This document shows, piece after piece, positions 43,821 to 56,264 of a stretch of 64,000 bases of DNA. The notes beneath the pieces are model-generated. The model was given only the letters and a program-made list of their open reading frames with translations. It ran no database searches and had not been told where the DNA came from. Each line of letters begins with the position of its first letter. The first letter of the stretch is position 1. Origin of the DNA: the human T2T-CHM13v2.0 reference genome, Homo sapiens; NCBI RefSeq assembly GCF_009914755.1, contig NC_060928.1; one strand, written 5' to 3'. Position numbers and translations under genes: made by a program.

Positions 43821-45954
43821 TTGGATACTTGGCTGTATCTGTGCATGTCTACTATAAAAATCACGGTATTCATGTCCATTTTCTGTTTTCCTAGGCCTTC
43901 CAGCCAGGTGAGATGTCAAGATGCTACTCACCTTTGTGCCTTTGGCAATAGACCTTTCACTAGTCTCTCCCTCCCGCTGGGTCTTGTTTAAGCTGATTCT
44001 CTGGCACAGGATTTTATGTCTATAGAAATGTATCCTCAGTTGCTTTAAAACTATTTTTTGATAACTTGCAGAACCATTTTTAAGGGTTGGATCAAGTAGT
44101 GCTGTGTAAGTTTCTATTCCTACCCCCAGTGGCTGCCCTCGGGCAACTGCTACTAATACTTTTATACCAAAAACTTTGGTGAGTCACAAGAGCTCAACAA
44201 AAGCTCCTAAAGTTAAAAAATTTTTAAAGGTAAAACCATTTGATCTGAAAAACACAGTGCATTTAAGCTTACTAACAAAGTTGAGGAACAGACTGCTGCT
44301 ACCCTTTGCTACTTTTAAAAGTCCTTGTGTTGTCAAAATGATAGTAACACCAGACTGGCAGGCCAAAGAGAAAAGGCAAACACAGGGAGATAGCAGGGGG
44401 TGGGGTAGGTGGGGAAGGGGGTGAGGTGGGGCTGGGAAGAGAGAGAGAAATAAATTCAGTGAAAGAGAGTTAAAATTGTCTTTAACCTAAAATATCTATT
44501 TATTTTACAATGGAAGTGCTGTTTCAAGTAACTTTGTCATCTTTTTTTCAGTAATCCTCTCCTACTTCTGAGCTTTTATAATAAGTAGAAAAATGTCCAG
44601 AGCTTTCCCGTATCAACATATATTGATACTTAAGTGTTATGTCTCTTGATGTTTGGGCAACATGCTGAACATTTTGCATAATATGTGAGTAGAAGTTGGT
44701 TCTATTATATTGTTTATTTTCTCAATTCAGGGTGGTTGTTTCTGGATTTCAATCTCCAATCTTAAAAAGTAGAGTATAGTTGTGTATGAAATATCATTGC
44801 TCCAACTTATCTCCACTCTTTGGTAACGGTTAGAAAACACAGAAAATTTTCTGTTGGGTTGGCAATTGTCAACAATTATTAAGCTTTTGTTCCGAGAGAT
44901 AATTATATGTTTACTAAGAAATGATTTATAATTGAGGCGTACAAAATTTTACCCTTAATATTATTTCTGAAACTATAAGAGAAAAATAAACTCTTGTGAT
45001 GTTATATGATGGATCTCTTTTACAATTAGGAAATCCTGGCCCCAATTCCCTTTTCCATCTTCCTATGCTAATATACATTCAACAGATACAGCCCATCTTT
45101 AAGCCATGTGGAACATCACACCAATCAGTGATTATTATATCCTTCATTTCCTCTCTTTCTAAAATGTCTTTAGACCCTGTTCTAACTAATGTATTTTAAC
45201 CATTTTTTAAAAGAGTCTTTTGCAAGGATTTCTTTTTTTTTCAGTGTAGGCTTATCTTACACCAATGGTGTTTTCTGCTATGTAGGATTATCTTACATCC
45301 CTCCATAAAGCCTGTTCAGTTATCTTTGTTGTTACAACACAATATGCATTTATTATAAGATCTTCAATTTCATATGACATTATTGGATCAAAGCACCTCC
45401 CCCCATTAAACTATGAACTTGTTGAGGGAGGAAATAGTCCACTCATTATCTATGTATGAAATCAATATATGCCCCATCTTACATGTACCACTCTAATACA
45501 TTGTTATCTTATAGAAAGTGTGTAAAGTAAAATATCAGTGATAATAATATTAAGCAAGAAAATCTACACATGCCAGTGTTTTAGAGCTTCACATTTGTGA
45601 TATATTATTTCTTTCTAATGACAGTTTTACTGATGTTCTTGTCTAAACATGTACATTTTATTTCTTCACAAAAATTCCATTGTTTTTTGCCATCTGGTAT
45701 ATGCAGAGTACAGTAATTTAAAGAGAGGATCAGCTCAGAATTTTATACAGCATACAAAGAAGTGATTAATCTGAGTTTACTATCAGAATTACCTGTGAAG
45801 CATAAAACAGACAAAAGACATTTTCCTGACTGTTATCCCTGGATAGTTTGATTCATTGGAGATTTATATCAGAAAAGTGTTCGCATGTGAGAAGAAGTTT
45901 TCACTGTGAATTAAACTTGAGAAAAATTTTTAGGGGTCAGGTGGTATAACTGAG

Positions 45955-46955
45955 CAATTCATGTACTTAAATACTCCTATTGAATGTTTACTATGTACCA
46001 AGCAATGTTCTAGGTTTTGGAGATATATCAGTTAAACAATACTATTTCATGTCTTTATGGGAGTTACATGCCAACAAAGGAGAAACAGATAAAAAAATAA
46101 CAAAAATAATAAAGAGGTCCATGTTATAGTTGTTCAAAAGTTAAAATATGTGGAAAAAGGTGACAAAAACAAACACACACACAAAAAAAACCATTGCGAA
46201 ATAAAGCTAGATGAATCAGGTGTTATGCTGAGAAGGAAATTTCAAATTTAAATAGAGTGCTACAGATTGGCTACCTTGCTAACATGACCTTTGGGTAACG
46301 GCTTTTGTAGGTGAAACTGTTATTCAGGTGGCTAGCTGGAGCAAGTGAATTCCAGGCAGAGGAGTATCTAATTTAAAGCTCTAAATCAAAGATATGCCTT
46401 GTGTGATGAAGAGGCAGCAAGGATAGTGGTGTAGCTGGAGTAGAATGAGTGAAGTGAGTGGGAAGAGTGGTAGAAAAGAGATCAAGATTATAAGTGGAAA
46501 CAGACTATATTGGGCTTACAGACCCAACTTCTCTTTCACACACAATGAAATGGGGAGCCCTTGCAGATTTGTATTCAGAATATTTTCTTGATCTGCTTTA
46601 ATTATTTTAAGGTTGACTGGGTCTTTGTGTTCAGAATTGACAGCCCCATGAGCAACGAGAGAAGCAGAGGGTCCGTTAAGAAGGTAATTACAATAAATCA
46701 GGTAATTGTTGGTGTTGGCTTAAACCACTATGGTAACAATGGAGAAGTGCATTTATTTTGAAGGTAGAGCCATAATGATTGACCAACACATTAAATATGA
46801 GATAGGAAAAAAAGAAAAACCACGCATGATTCCAAAGACTCTGGCCTCATAAATTGGGAGAATGGCATTTCTATCAAATGTGATGATGGTGGTTATAAGC
46901 GGAAGTCCAGGAGTTCAGTATGGAACAATTGTAAGACTGGAATGAATATCCTGCA
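45955..46955 (-). mobile_element. L2 (L2a-like) ~1-kb 3' fragment
   Basis: tattgaatgtttactatgtaccaagcaatgttctagg..ttccaggcagagg..gtagctggagtagaatgagtga..ttttgaaggtagagcc..caggagttcagtatggaaca. Confidence 0.85.
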
Positions 46956-46993
46956 TCTGCTTTAATTAATTTTTTTAAAAGTATAAATTAGGA

Positions 46994-47351
<358 letters not shown>

Positions 47352-47514
47352 TTACAATGGAGATGATTAAGTGCTATAGGTCAAGAACATGATTATTTTA
47401 TTAAATTCCATTTTATAGTAGGATATATTATTAAAACTGGAAACAGTAAATCAGAGAATGACTGTAGAACTTCAAAACATGGAAAAAAGCATTTCTTGGA
47501 TAGGATAGTGAATA

Positions 47515-48340
47515 TTGTGCTGCCTTTATTATGAGCTGTCTTTATTCCCCAGTAATGCAAGTACTAGCTGTTGACAGACTACAGCTGTGCTCCTCATTGT
47601 AAATTGTCCTTGACCGCAGGGAACTACATCATCTTAATTATGCTCCTTCTAGGAGATGTCTCCCAGCTGAGAAGCGGCTACTAAATGGAAACAAAATCAC
47701 AGAATCCTAGCTTCAATTGGGGTACCTCTAAAGAGCCATCTCAATTGCAGAGTTTCTCATAGGGTCAGCTGATGACTTAGTTGCAATTGCATTATGGGGA
47801 AGCTTCTCCTTCTGCTCAATTCGGTCATCCCAGCCCCTAGGTATGTCTCCTAAGTATTCTCCCTATTGGAGTTCCATGTGTAATTATTTGTTTCAGAATC
47901 TGTTTCCAGGGCCCCCAAAATAAGTAAGATATTTCTTGCCAGAAGGATTCTAGGAAATCATTTCAAAAAGAAGATGTTAAGATGGCTGACTTTGGCAGGC
48001 TAGCAGTGAGAATATCGTTACTGGTAATAGGTGAAGTATGGATGTTGCTCAGCAGGTGTGGCAATACGACTGTTAAAATTGCCTATGTTGGTAACCTGGA
48101 TGAAATATCAGTGCAGTAGGGACACATTGGCTAATGCAGTATCACTGGTGCTGGAGAGGGATGAGGGAACTGCTAACCACATGGCGGTTGTTGCTGAGTA
48201 CCATTTAATAAAGACAGATAATAGAAGACTTAGGTGGATTTATAACAAATCCAAAGCAAAATATGAAATTCTGAAGGACTCCTGGGAAATATTTTTAAAA
48301 ACTCTAATTTACTGCAGCTGGAAGACAGAGTAAAGGTCCA
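47515..48340 (+). mobile_element. LTR16-like ERVL LTR (~47515-47928) plus adjacent internal (gag-proximal) remnant
   Basis: cttctccttctgctcaattc..tcagaatctgtttccaggg marks the LTR end, followed by an ERVL-int-like leader; the 100-aa ORF 48031-48333 is probably a decayed gag piece. Confidence 0.65.
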
Positions 48341-48870
48341 TACTCTTTACTCAAATGTAAGCGTTTAAACATTAGAATTAAATCTAACGTGTCTTTGGAC
48401 CACTCCCTCTTCATTTCCAGTTCCAGTTCTTTCTCAAAAAATAAAACCTCCCTTATCAGTGTAGTATAAATCCTTACAAATAGACATCTACTCCTGAAAA
48501 AACAAAGTATTTAATTGTAATATAAGTTTTTCTCTTTACATAAGTTGCATCATATGTAGTCTTAACAGAAACACATAATATCATTTCTGTTTATTTACAT
48601 ATATGATACCTAATTGCACAATTTCTTTAATCTCCCTTTTACTTTTCATATTGGTTCATACATAGCTACCACATTTTAACTGCTTATTAATTTATTCTCT
48701 CTGTAAGCCTTTAGATACCTTCGATTTTTTACATTAAAAAATCATATCTGTAACCAACCGTGTGTATATGTATTATTATCATGCATTATAAATATTTATT
48801 CTCAAAAAGACACTAAAAAAATGCAATTATTGAGTCATTAGGTATGCACTTTGAAAATTTTCATGGCAAT

Positions 48871-48922
48871 TGAAGTAGGCAGAATAATAGTCACCAAACA
48901 TATCAGATCCTGATTCTTGGAA

Positions 48923-48978
<56 letters not shown>

Positions 48979-49622
48979 TATATGTATCTATATATATATA
49001 CACATACATATGTGTGTATATATATATATACACATACATATGTGTGTATATATATATATACACATACATATGTGTGTATATATATATATACACATACATA
49101 TGTGTGTATATATATATATACACATACATATGTGTGTATATATATATATACACATACATATGTGTGTATATATATATATACACATACATATGTATATATA
49201 TATAAAATACAGGAAAAAGGTTTATGCAGATTCCATTAAGTTAAATAATTGAGATGGGAAGCTTATCCTAAAATGTTGGAGTGAGTCTTAAACGCAATCA
49301 AGCATATCATTAGAAGAAGGAAGCAGAATAAACACAAAGAGAAGATGTAAAGATGGAACGGAAATTTGAAGATGTTAGCTTGGAGACTTCAGTGATGCAC
49401 CCACAGCCAAAAATTGCTGGCAGCCACTAGAAGCTGGAAGAAGTAAGACATGGATTCTCTCTTGTGGAGCCTCTGGAGGGTATATAATCTTGCCCTATTT
49501 TGGTTTTTGCTCAGTGATATTAATTTTGGATTTCTTGCCTCCAGAACTATGAGATGATACATTTCTGCAGTCTTAAGACATCAAGTTTATGGTAATTTAT
49601 TCAGTCACAGAAAACTAATATA
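48871..49622 (+). mobile_element. MLT1C/D MaLR LTR split by an expanded micro/minisatellite
   Basis: gtaggcagaataat..tcctgattcttggaacct before the array; attaagttaa..gagatggga..cactagaagctggaaga..gcctccagaactatgaga..aaactaata after it. Confidence 0.85.
48926..49204. repeat. (TA)n(CA)n microsatellite plus 30-bp minisatellite (6 perfect copies and 1 partial)
   Basis: tatatatatacacatacatatgtgtgtata repeats from 48991 with period 30. Confidence 0.97.
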
Positions 49623-49714
49623 GATATTAATAAATTGAACTCCAAATTGGTGATTAAAATGGCAACCTCCACAGCAATATATGGAGAGATATACTGTAAA
49701 ATGCTATCATTTAA

Positions 49715-50950
49715 TTTTTTTAATTTTTTGATTTTTTAAACAATTTCAACATTTATTTTAGATTAAAGGTTTACATGTGCAGGCTTGTTGTATTTGTTTA
49801 TTGCATGATGCTGAGGTTTGGGCTATGATTGAGTCCATCACCCAAGTAGCGAGCATAGTACTACCTCTCCTCCTCCTTCCATTAGTAGTGCTTAGTGTCT
49901 ACTGTTGTCATCTTTATGTCCATGAGTTACCAGTGTTTAGTGACCACTTATAAGTGAGAACATGCAGTATTTGGTTTTCTATTCCTGCATTAATTCACTT
50001 AGGATAATGGCCTCCAACTGCATCCATGCTGTTGCAAAGAACATAATTTTGTTCTTTTTTAATGGCTGCATAGTATTCCATGTTGTATATGTACCACATT
50101 TTGTTTCTTCAGTCCACCATTCTTGGGCACCTAGGTTGATTACATGTTTTTGCTATTGTGAACAGTGCTGCAATGAACACATGAGTGCATCTGTTTTTTG
50201 GTAGAGCAATTTATTTTCGAAAATACCTAGTGCTGGGATTTCTGGGTCATATAGTAGTTCTATTTTAAGTTATTTGAGAAATCTAACAACTGCTTTCCAC
50301 AGTGGCTGAATTCATTTACATTCCAACCATCAGTGTATAAGTTCCTCCTTTTCTCTGCAACTTTACAAGTGTCTGTTTTTTTTTAATTTTTAATGATAGT
50401 CATTGTGACTGGTATGAGATGGTATCTCATTGTGGTTTTGATTTGCATTTCTCTAATGATTACTGATGTTGAGCATGTTTTCATATGTTTGTTGGCCAGT
50501 TGTATATCTTCTTTTGAGAAGTGTCTGTTCTTGTATTTTGCTCACTTTTTAATGGGGTTATTTTATCTTTGATGGTTGAATTGTTTAAATTCCTTACAGA
50601 TTCCGGATATTAGAACTTTGTTGGATGCACAGTCTGTAAATATTTTCTCCCATTTTGTAGGTTGTCTCTTGATTCTGTTGATTGTTTCTTTTGCTGTGCA
50701 GAAGCTTTATAGTTTAATTAGGTCCCACTTGTCAATTTTTGTTTTTGTTGCAATTGCTTTTGAAAACTTTTTCATAAATTCTTTTCCAAGGCTGATGTCC
50801 AGAATGACGTTTCCTAGGTTTTCTTCTAGGACTTTTATAGTCCGAGGTCTTACGTTTAAATTTTAAGTTGCCATGAGTTAATTTTTGTATATGGTAAAGG
50901 GTGAATCTAGTTTTATTCTTATACATGTGGCTATCCAATTATCCTAGCAC
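49715..50950 (-). mobile_element. Old L1PA (L1PA15/16-like) 3' portion
   Basis: Antisense 3'UTR (acatgtgcagg..ttgcatgatgctgaggtttgg) and ORF2 3' region (ccacttataagtgagaacatgcagtatttgg; gtgcagaagcttt). Confidence 0.92.
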
Positions 50951-51098
50951 TAGAGAAAAAAGTTAGAAACATCTCAAATTAATGATCTAACATCACACCT
51001 AGACAAAAAAGAAAAACAAAAATGAACTAACCATAAAGCTGGCAGAAGAAAATACATAACTAAAATTAGGGTAGAACTAAATGAAAATGAGAAATAGC
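50951..51098 (+). mobile_element. Sense-oriented L1 ORF2 fragment (inverted relative to the adjacent L1)
   Basis: tctcaaattaatgatctaacatcacacct..aaagctggcagaagaaaatacataactaaaattag is homologous to ~17060-17195 of the full-length L1 in this window. Confidence 0.85.
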
Positions 51099-54000
51099 CT
51101 TGGCTCTTTTTCAGATACATCCATGGTGAGTCTGAGCATAGAAAATGCTTTGTTGTCCCTATTTCTTAATAGACTCCATTCTGAACTCAGTAATTTTAGC
51201 TTAAAAACAGTAGCTAACTTTAAAAGAACACCCTATTAAGCTGGTATTTAATTGGCTATCTTGAAACTCTATTGTAAAAGAAATTTTCATCTATAAAGAA
51301 AAACTCCATTTATAAGGAAGTCTGCATATGTAAATTAGAAACTGTTACCATTCTTTTAAATTTACATAATAAGTAATGCCTTTGTTTAAGGTGCTTTTCT
51401 GGCATCTTGTCTTAAGTGAACTTTTATTTGAGCAGTTTTTTCCCCCCTTGGTTTGAGCAAATGATGACATAATATTCAATCCTAAAATTTTACCTCTGTG
51501 TTTATAAAATATAATTATTTTTGTTTCACCTAAGAGTTGTCCCTTCAGAAAATGCAAATTGATTGCCTAGTTAACAATTGCTTAGGGCAATGAAACAGGT
51601 AACTGAAAAACTGATAGACAAAATGGGGAAAAGAAAAACTATGTAAAAGCCAGCAAATGAAAATCCTTTATAGAAGCGATAAGATCTTCTGTGTGTTTGT
51701 ATATCTATATGTGTTATGTTTATGTGGTAATATTTGGTAAGTAAAGCTAGTTTTTAGAGTGTAAAATAGAAATGGCTTCAAAATAATCAGTTAAATATAA
51801 TTAGATACTTGCTTGATTTGACTAAGTTTATGCCTTTGGTTTGGAGTTTGTGGATTCAGGGGTCTGGATAGGTGGCCATAATGAGGTCTGGAGACATGTT
51901 CTTAGTGTCTAGACAGCAGCTACAAGCCAGAATCAAGCTCAGTATGGCCCCTTCTTTCTGGCTTTCCCTGTTTTGCCTCCTGGCTATTTTGGGAGCAATT
52001 GTAACGTCAGTGTATAGTCTTCACAGCTCTGTCTTCTGTCCTAAAGGATTAAGACAGGCCTTGACCTTCATAGTCCTCCTGGGTGTTACATGGCTACTTG
52101 GGACCTAGAATGACTGGGGACAGTCATTAGGGAGGATACTTGTGTCATAATTTCAAAATTATTTTCAGTAATTTAATATATTTGAGTTATGTTATGTTAA
52201 ATTAAGTAATGAATAATGATAAAATTCCTGAGTCATCTGGAAGTTAAGATAATGAAATATTAAACATGTGTTTAAGTCTACATATCTCAACATGTTATTT
52301 TTATATGGTATACAAAAGCTAAATACATGTGGATCTGCTAATAAATAATAATTTGAAGAACTAGTTTTCTAAAATATTATAAAATCATTTTATCTAGAAA
52401 TACTGTAATAAAACATTTCAAAATTACTTTATACACTTTTTACTAGAAATTAGGGCTACTAAGAATTAAAAACTGTGAGACATGAGAGAAACATTTTTGT
52501 ATTAAGAGTGTATAAACAAAAGCAAAGTATGGATTTGATGAGAAAATTTATAAAGGCATAAAAATGTGTGTTAAAAATTTGTCAGGTTTAAAATTACTTT
52601 AAGATTTCAAGTTGAAGGAAGAAAAAATAGATGAAACAAGATGAATATAGAAAGTTAGGGAAAAATGCAAAGGATCTTTAGGGAAATCTTGTATAGTTAA
52701 AAGATGACGAATTTGATAAATTTATGAGGTTTTATTAAAATTAGTTTTAGTATTGATAATACAGTAATACAAAAAAAAAGTAGTCTCTTTTGAATGAAGG
52801 TTTTGTGTAGTATTAATAAGACATAGTAAAATATTTTTGCTCACCTTTTGAATAAACCACAAAAAGGTAAAAAAAAAAAAAGAGAAGAAAGAAGAAGAGA
52901 CAGATTCTGTCTCATGCTGTCTTAGGTCTTTTCAGTTTTTTAGATATCTGAATTTCTTTTATCAAAGAGAACAGGTTTTTGTTTTTTAAAATCTTTTAAT
53001 TATCACTGTGGTTAAATCTATAACTACCATTTTATGGTGACCTGTGATTCTGTTTTGGTCAAGTGTTTTAAACCTTTGACGTATTTGACAGGCTTCCCAA
53101 AATCAAATTTCAGCTTCGAAATTAAATAAATCCTTTTTGACCTCTATCATTGACTTAATTTTGAAGCTGAAATTTGATTTTGGGAAGCCTGTCAAATATG
53201 TTAAAGGTTTAGAACACTACAGAGAGCCCCTGAAGCAACTGAAAGAGATAGAGTTAAACAGGATTATTTGACATGTTAAATGACATGGGAAACATTATTA
53301 AGAAATAATGTTTAACCTTCTTCAGGTTATATTTTAATGAATGTTACTAATAAGTGTTCCAAAATTGTATGGGATTTCTAAAATTCTGCATGTGTGAGTA
53401 TATGATATCAAACATAATCATGGTTATTATATTACATTATTATACACCACAGAAATAATCAAATTCTTTGTCAATTGGGTCTTTAACTGTGACTAAAGTT
53501 ATTTCTATAGTTAATTGCTTAATTCTGATGCAGTCTCTGAAAACTTCACAAGCACACAAAATTCTAGAATATGGTATCTTTTAGAAGGTTCATACAAGGA
53601 TAGAAATGACCCTAAGAAAAATTATTAAATACAGGTTTCCGACAACTTTAGAATCATATCATTTGAACTGGGTAGAATTCTTGGAACTTTAATAAAAAAT
53701 CAGCCAGTGTTGTAATTATTTAGATACACATACTGAATGAACTCCATCTTCTAAGTCAAATTTCCTATAATAACTTATTATTTATCAGTGCTATACACCT
53801 AAATTGGAGAGACGACTGGTATTCAAGAAGACATACGTTCAATGCTAAGCATGAACTAATGGAGAATCAACATGGCTGCCTTGTCCTTCCTGAGTCCTTA
53901 AAGCTTTTGTATTAAAAGTTCTGCATTCCATAACACATGAAAAATATAAAATGTTCCAAATCAAATATATATATATGTGTGTGTGTGTGTTTCATGACCT

Positions 54001-54726
54001 CTAAACTGCTAAAATAGTTTATGATCAATACACTATTATTTGAATTTGCTAAAATATTTTATGACCAATGGTTTGTCAAACCCATATTTGGGGGAAGACA
54101 ATAAAACTGCTATCTGATGAGCCATTTAGACATTTATAGAGATATTTTATTCAATTGTAGTTTTCAATGCAGGTTTTCTGGTTGTTTAAAAGATTTCCCG
54201 TGTAAGAGGGCTATTATAACATTAACAGTAGCTCACTATACCAAAGTATATTTTCACCAGGTAAGGAAAGCTTTTCATGGTCCACTGACTGAGGAAAATC
54301 AACCCCTTCACAATCTAGAACTCAAAGATTGGATCTTGTGGGAACATCAGAGAAAGACTGCCATCACCATCCACTCTGCCACAAAACTCTGGGACCTTGA
54401 AATTTGGATTCATAATCTCACAACTCAGAAGGGTCTCTCTACAGTTGTTACATCCATTGTGTAACAAGGCTCAATGTAGGTGAAAAATTTTAATGGTACA
54501 TATGTTTCCTCATAATCAGTTGGAAACAAAACATTGGTTCAGTCCCCTTAACCTAAATCATGAGTTAAAGAGAAAATTGCCAGGAAGTCTTCACTATTCT
54601 AGAAGGGCATCATTTGTTAGGTCTTTTTTTTTTCCCATGGTTTGAAGTAAATAAGGCAATAATTGGAAATTTATCCCTCACAATAGGATCTACAGCAAAT
54701 TCTACTGTAAAGGCTGTGGTTACACA

Positions 54727-55080
54727 CAGACTTTAAATTTTCTTGTGAGAGTTTTGCTAAATAATATGGCCCTAGATTACTTACTGGCTAAACTGAGAAG
54801 TATCTGTGCAGTGGCTGATACTTCTTGTTGCCCAGGGAGAAATATTCACAATGGGTATTATAGCTATTCAGTTGTAGAGGATTAATGATGAAACTTCTTA
54901 GTTAAAGTGAGTAGACTCTTTAGCTCATTCTTTAATCAATTTGATTTTAGTTGGTTGGTTTATGGGGACCCTGGCTAAAAAGCATACTCTAAACTCTTGG
55001 TATTATCCTCCTGATAGTCATAAATAGTAGTCTCCCTGGTGTGCTGTATACTCTCAACAGTTTTAAATGTTTGCAGGCAG
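54727..55080 (+). pseudogene. Retroviral env transmembrane-subunit remnant
   Basis: Manual translation QTLNFLVRVLLNNMALDYLLAKLRSICAVADTSCC gives an ISD-like segment plus CX6CC; a hydrophobic WGPWLKSIL*TLGIILLIVI follows downstream. Confidence 0.8.
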
Positions 55081-55354
55081 CCATCCTAGAATGTCAAATA
55101 GGGCCTGTCTTCAACTGGAATGACAAGAGCTGAAATAAATGTGTGATCATGAGAGCACCATAGCCTATAAATGACATGCTAAGACAGGAAACCCAAAATG
55201 ATAGTAACTGAGAATGGCACTAAGCCCCTACATTTTGGTCACACTCTCACTTAAGTGACAACCTGACCAAAAGGAGGAAGTTTTAAACAAATTATGGAAG
55301 GCTCTTGTTTTGAACAGATCTCATGCACTGTACCCCAAAAGAGCAGATCAAACC

Positions 55355-55626
55355 AAAATAGAGTCAACTTGTGCTAAATGTGACATAATCAAACTAAGAC
55401 TTCAAGGAAACACATAGATCTTTAAACACATAGATCTTTAAACACATAGATCTTAAAATAGAGTCCACTTGTGCTAAATGTGACATAATCAAACTAAGAC
55501 TTCAAGGAAACACATAGATCTTTAAACACATAGATCTTTAAACACATAGATCTTAAAATAGAGTCAACTTGTGCTAAATGTGACATAATCAAACTAAGAC
55601 TTCAAGAAAACACATAGATGTTAAAA
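55355..55626. repeat. Nested tandem repeat: 100-bp unit x2.7 containing a 16-bp unit x3
   Basis: Units start at 55355, 55455 and 55555; inner unit aaacacatagatcttt. Confidence 0.97.
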
Positions 55627-55866
55627 CAGACAGTTTTGTTTTTCTCCTTTAAACAGGACATTCCAGCATAAGAAGGTACCCTCTACTCTAACCTTTACAA
55701 AGAAAAAGGAAAAAAATCTTGTTCCTACCTTATAGAACCCACTGTTCTGCTATTTCCCATTGGGTTTCAAGACCAAATAAATACATTTACCATGACGGTG
55801 GTAACATCATTGACTAAAGTTTTGGGCAATCTCTCTAAATTGAGAGAACTACCAAAAATAGGGAAT

Positions 55867-56264
55867 TGTTACATCAAGTTTAACCTAAAACTGCCTTCTT
55901 ACATATTTTAAGTTCAGCCTAAATATTTCTGTATACATAGTGAACTATAACCTAAATGGAGTTGTAAACACACTGTAGCCTACCTTTGTGCCAATCGCCA
56001 AGTTTCAGCCAATCAAAGGTGGCCAACTGTTCAAACCATGTTCAAATAAGGCAAACGCCAAGCTGTAACCAATACAGCTGTTTCAGTATCTCACTTCCAT
56101 TTTCTGTACATCACTTTCCTTTTTCTGTCCATAAGTCTTCTTCCACCATGGCTGCACTGGAGTCTCAGGCTACTCTGGCTTGGGAGACTTTCTGATTCGC
56201 AAATTGTTCTTTGCTCTCTTAAACTCTTTTTAAATTTAATTCTGCTACAGTTTTCCTTTTAACA
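55867..56264 (+). mobile_element. MER57A/B-like 3' LTR
   Basis: tgtta...taaca termini; aagtttaacctaaaactgccttcttacatattttaagttc; several CCAAT boxes; gttcaaataaggcaaacgcc. Confidence 0.88.

Larger units (their letters stand above)
51099..55866 (+). mobile_element. ERV1 (MER4-group, MER57-int-like) internal sequence, 5' LTR missing
   Basis: AT-rich MER4-group internal sequence, pol-end-like piece (~54120-54460), env TM remnant, and polypurine tract accaaaaatagggaat directly before the LTR. Confidence 0.8.

Noticed and set aside
48827-49252. ORFs with repeating YIYIYTHM peptides
   Set aside because: Translation of the TA/CA minisatellite.
55355-55626. CRISPR-like repeat-spacer appearance (also 3465-3685)
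   Set aside because: The intervening segments are themselves repeated rather than unique spacers; primate context and no cas genes.
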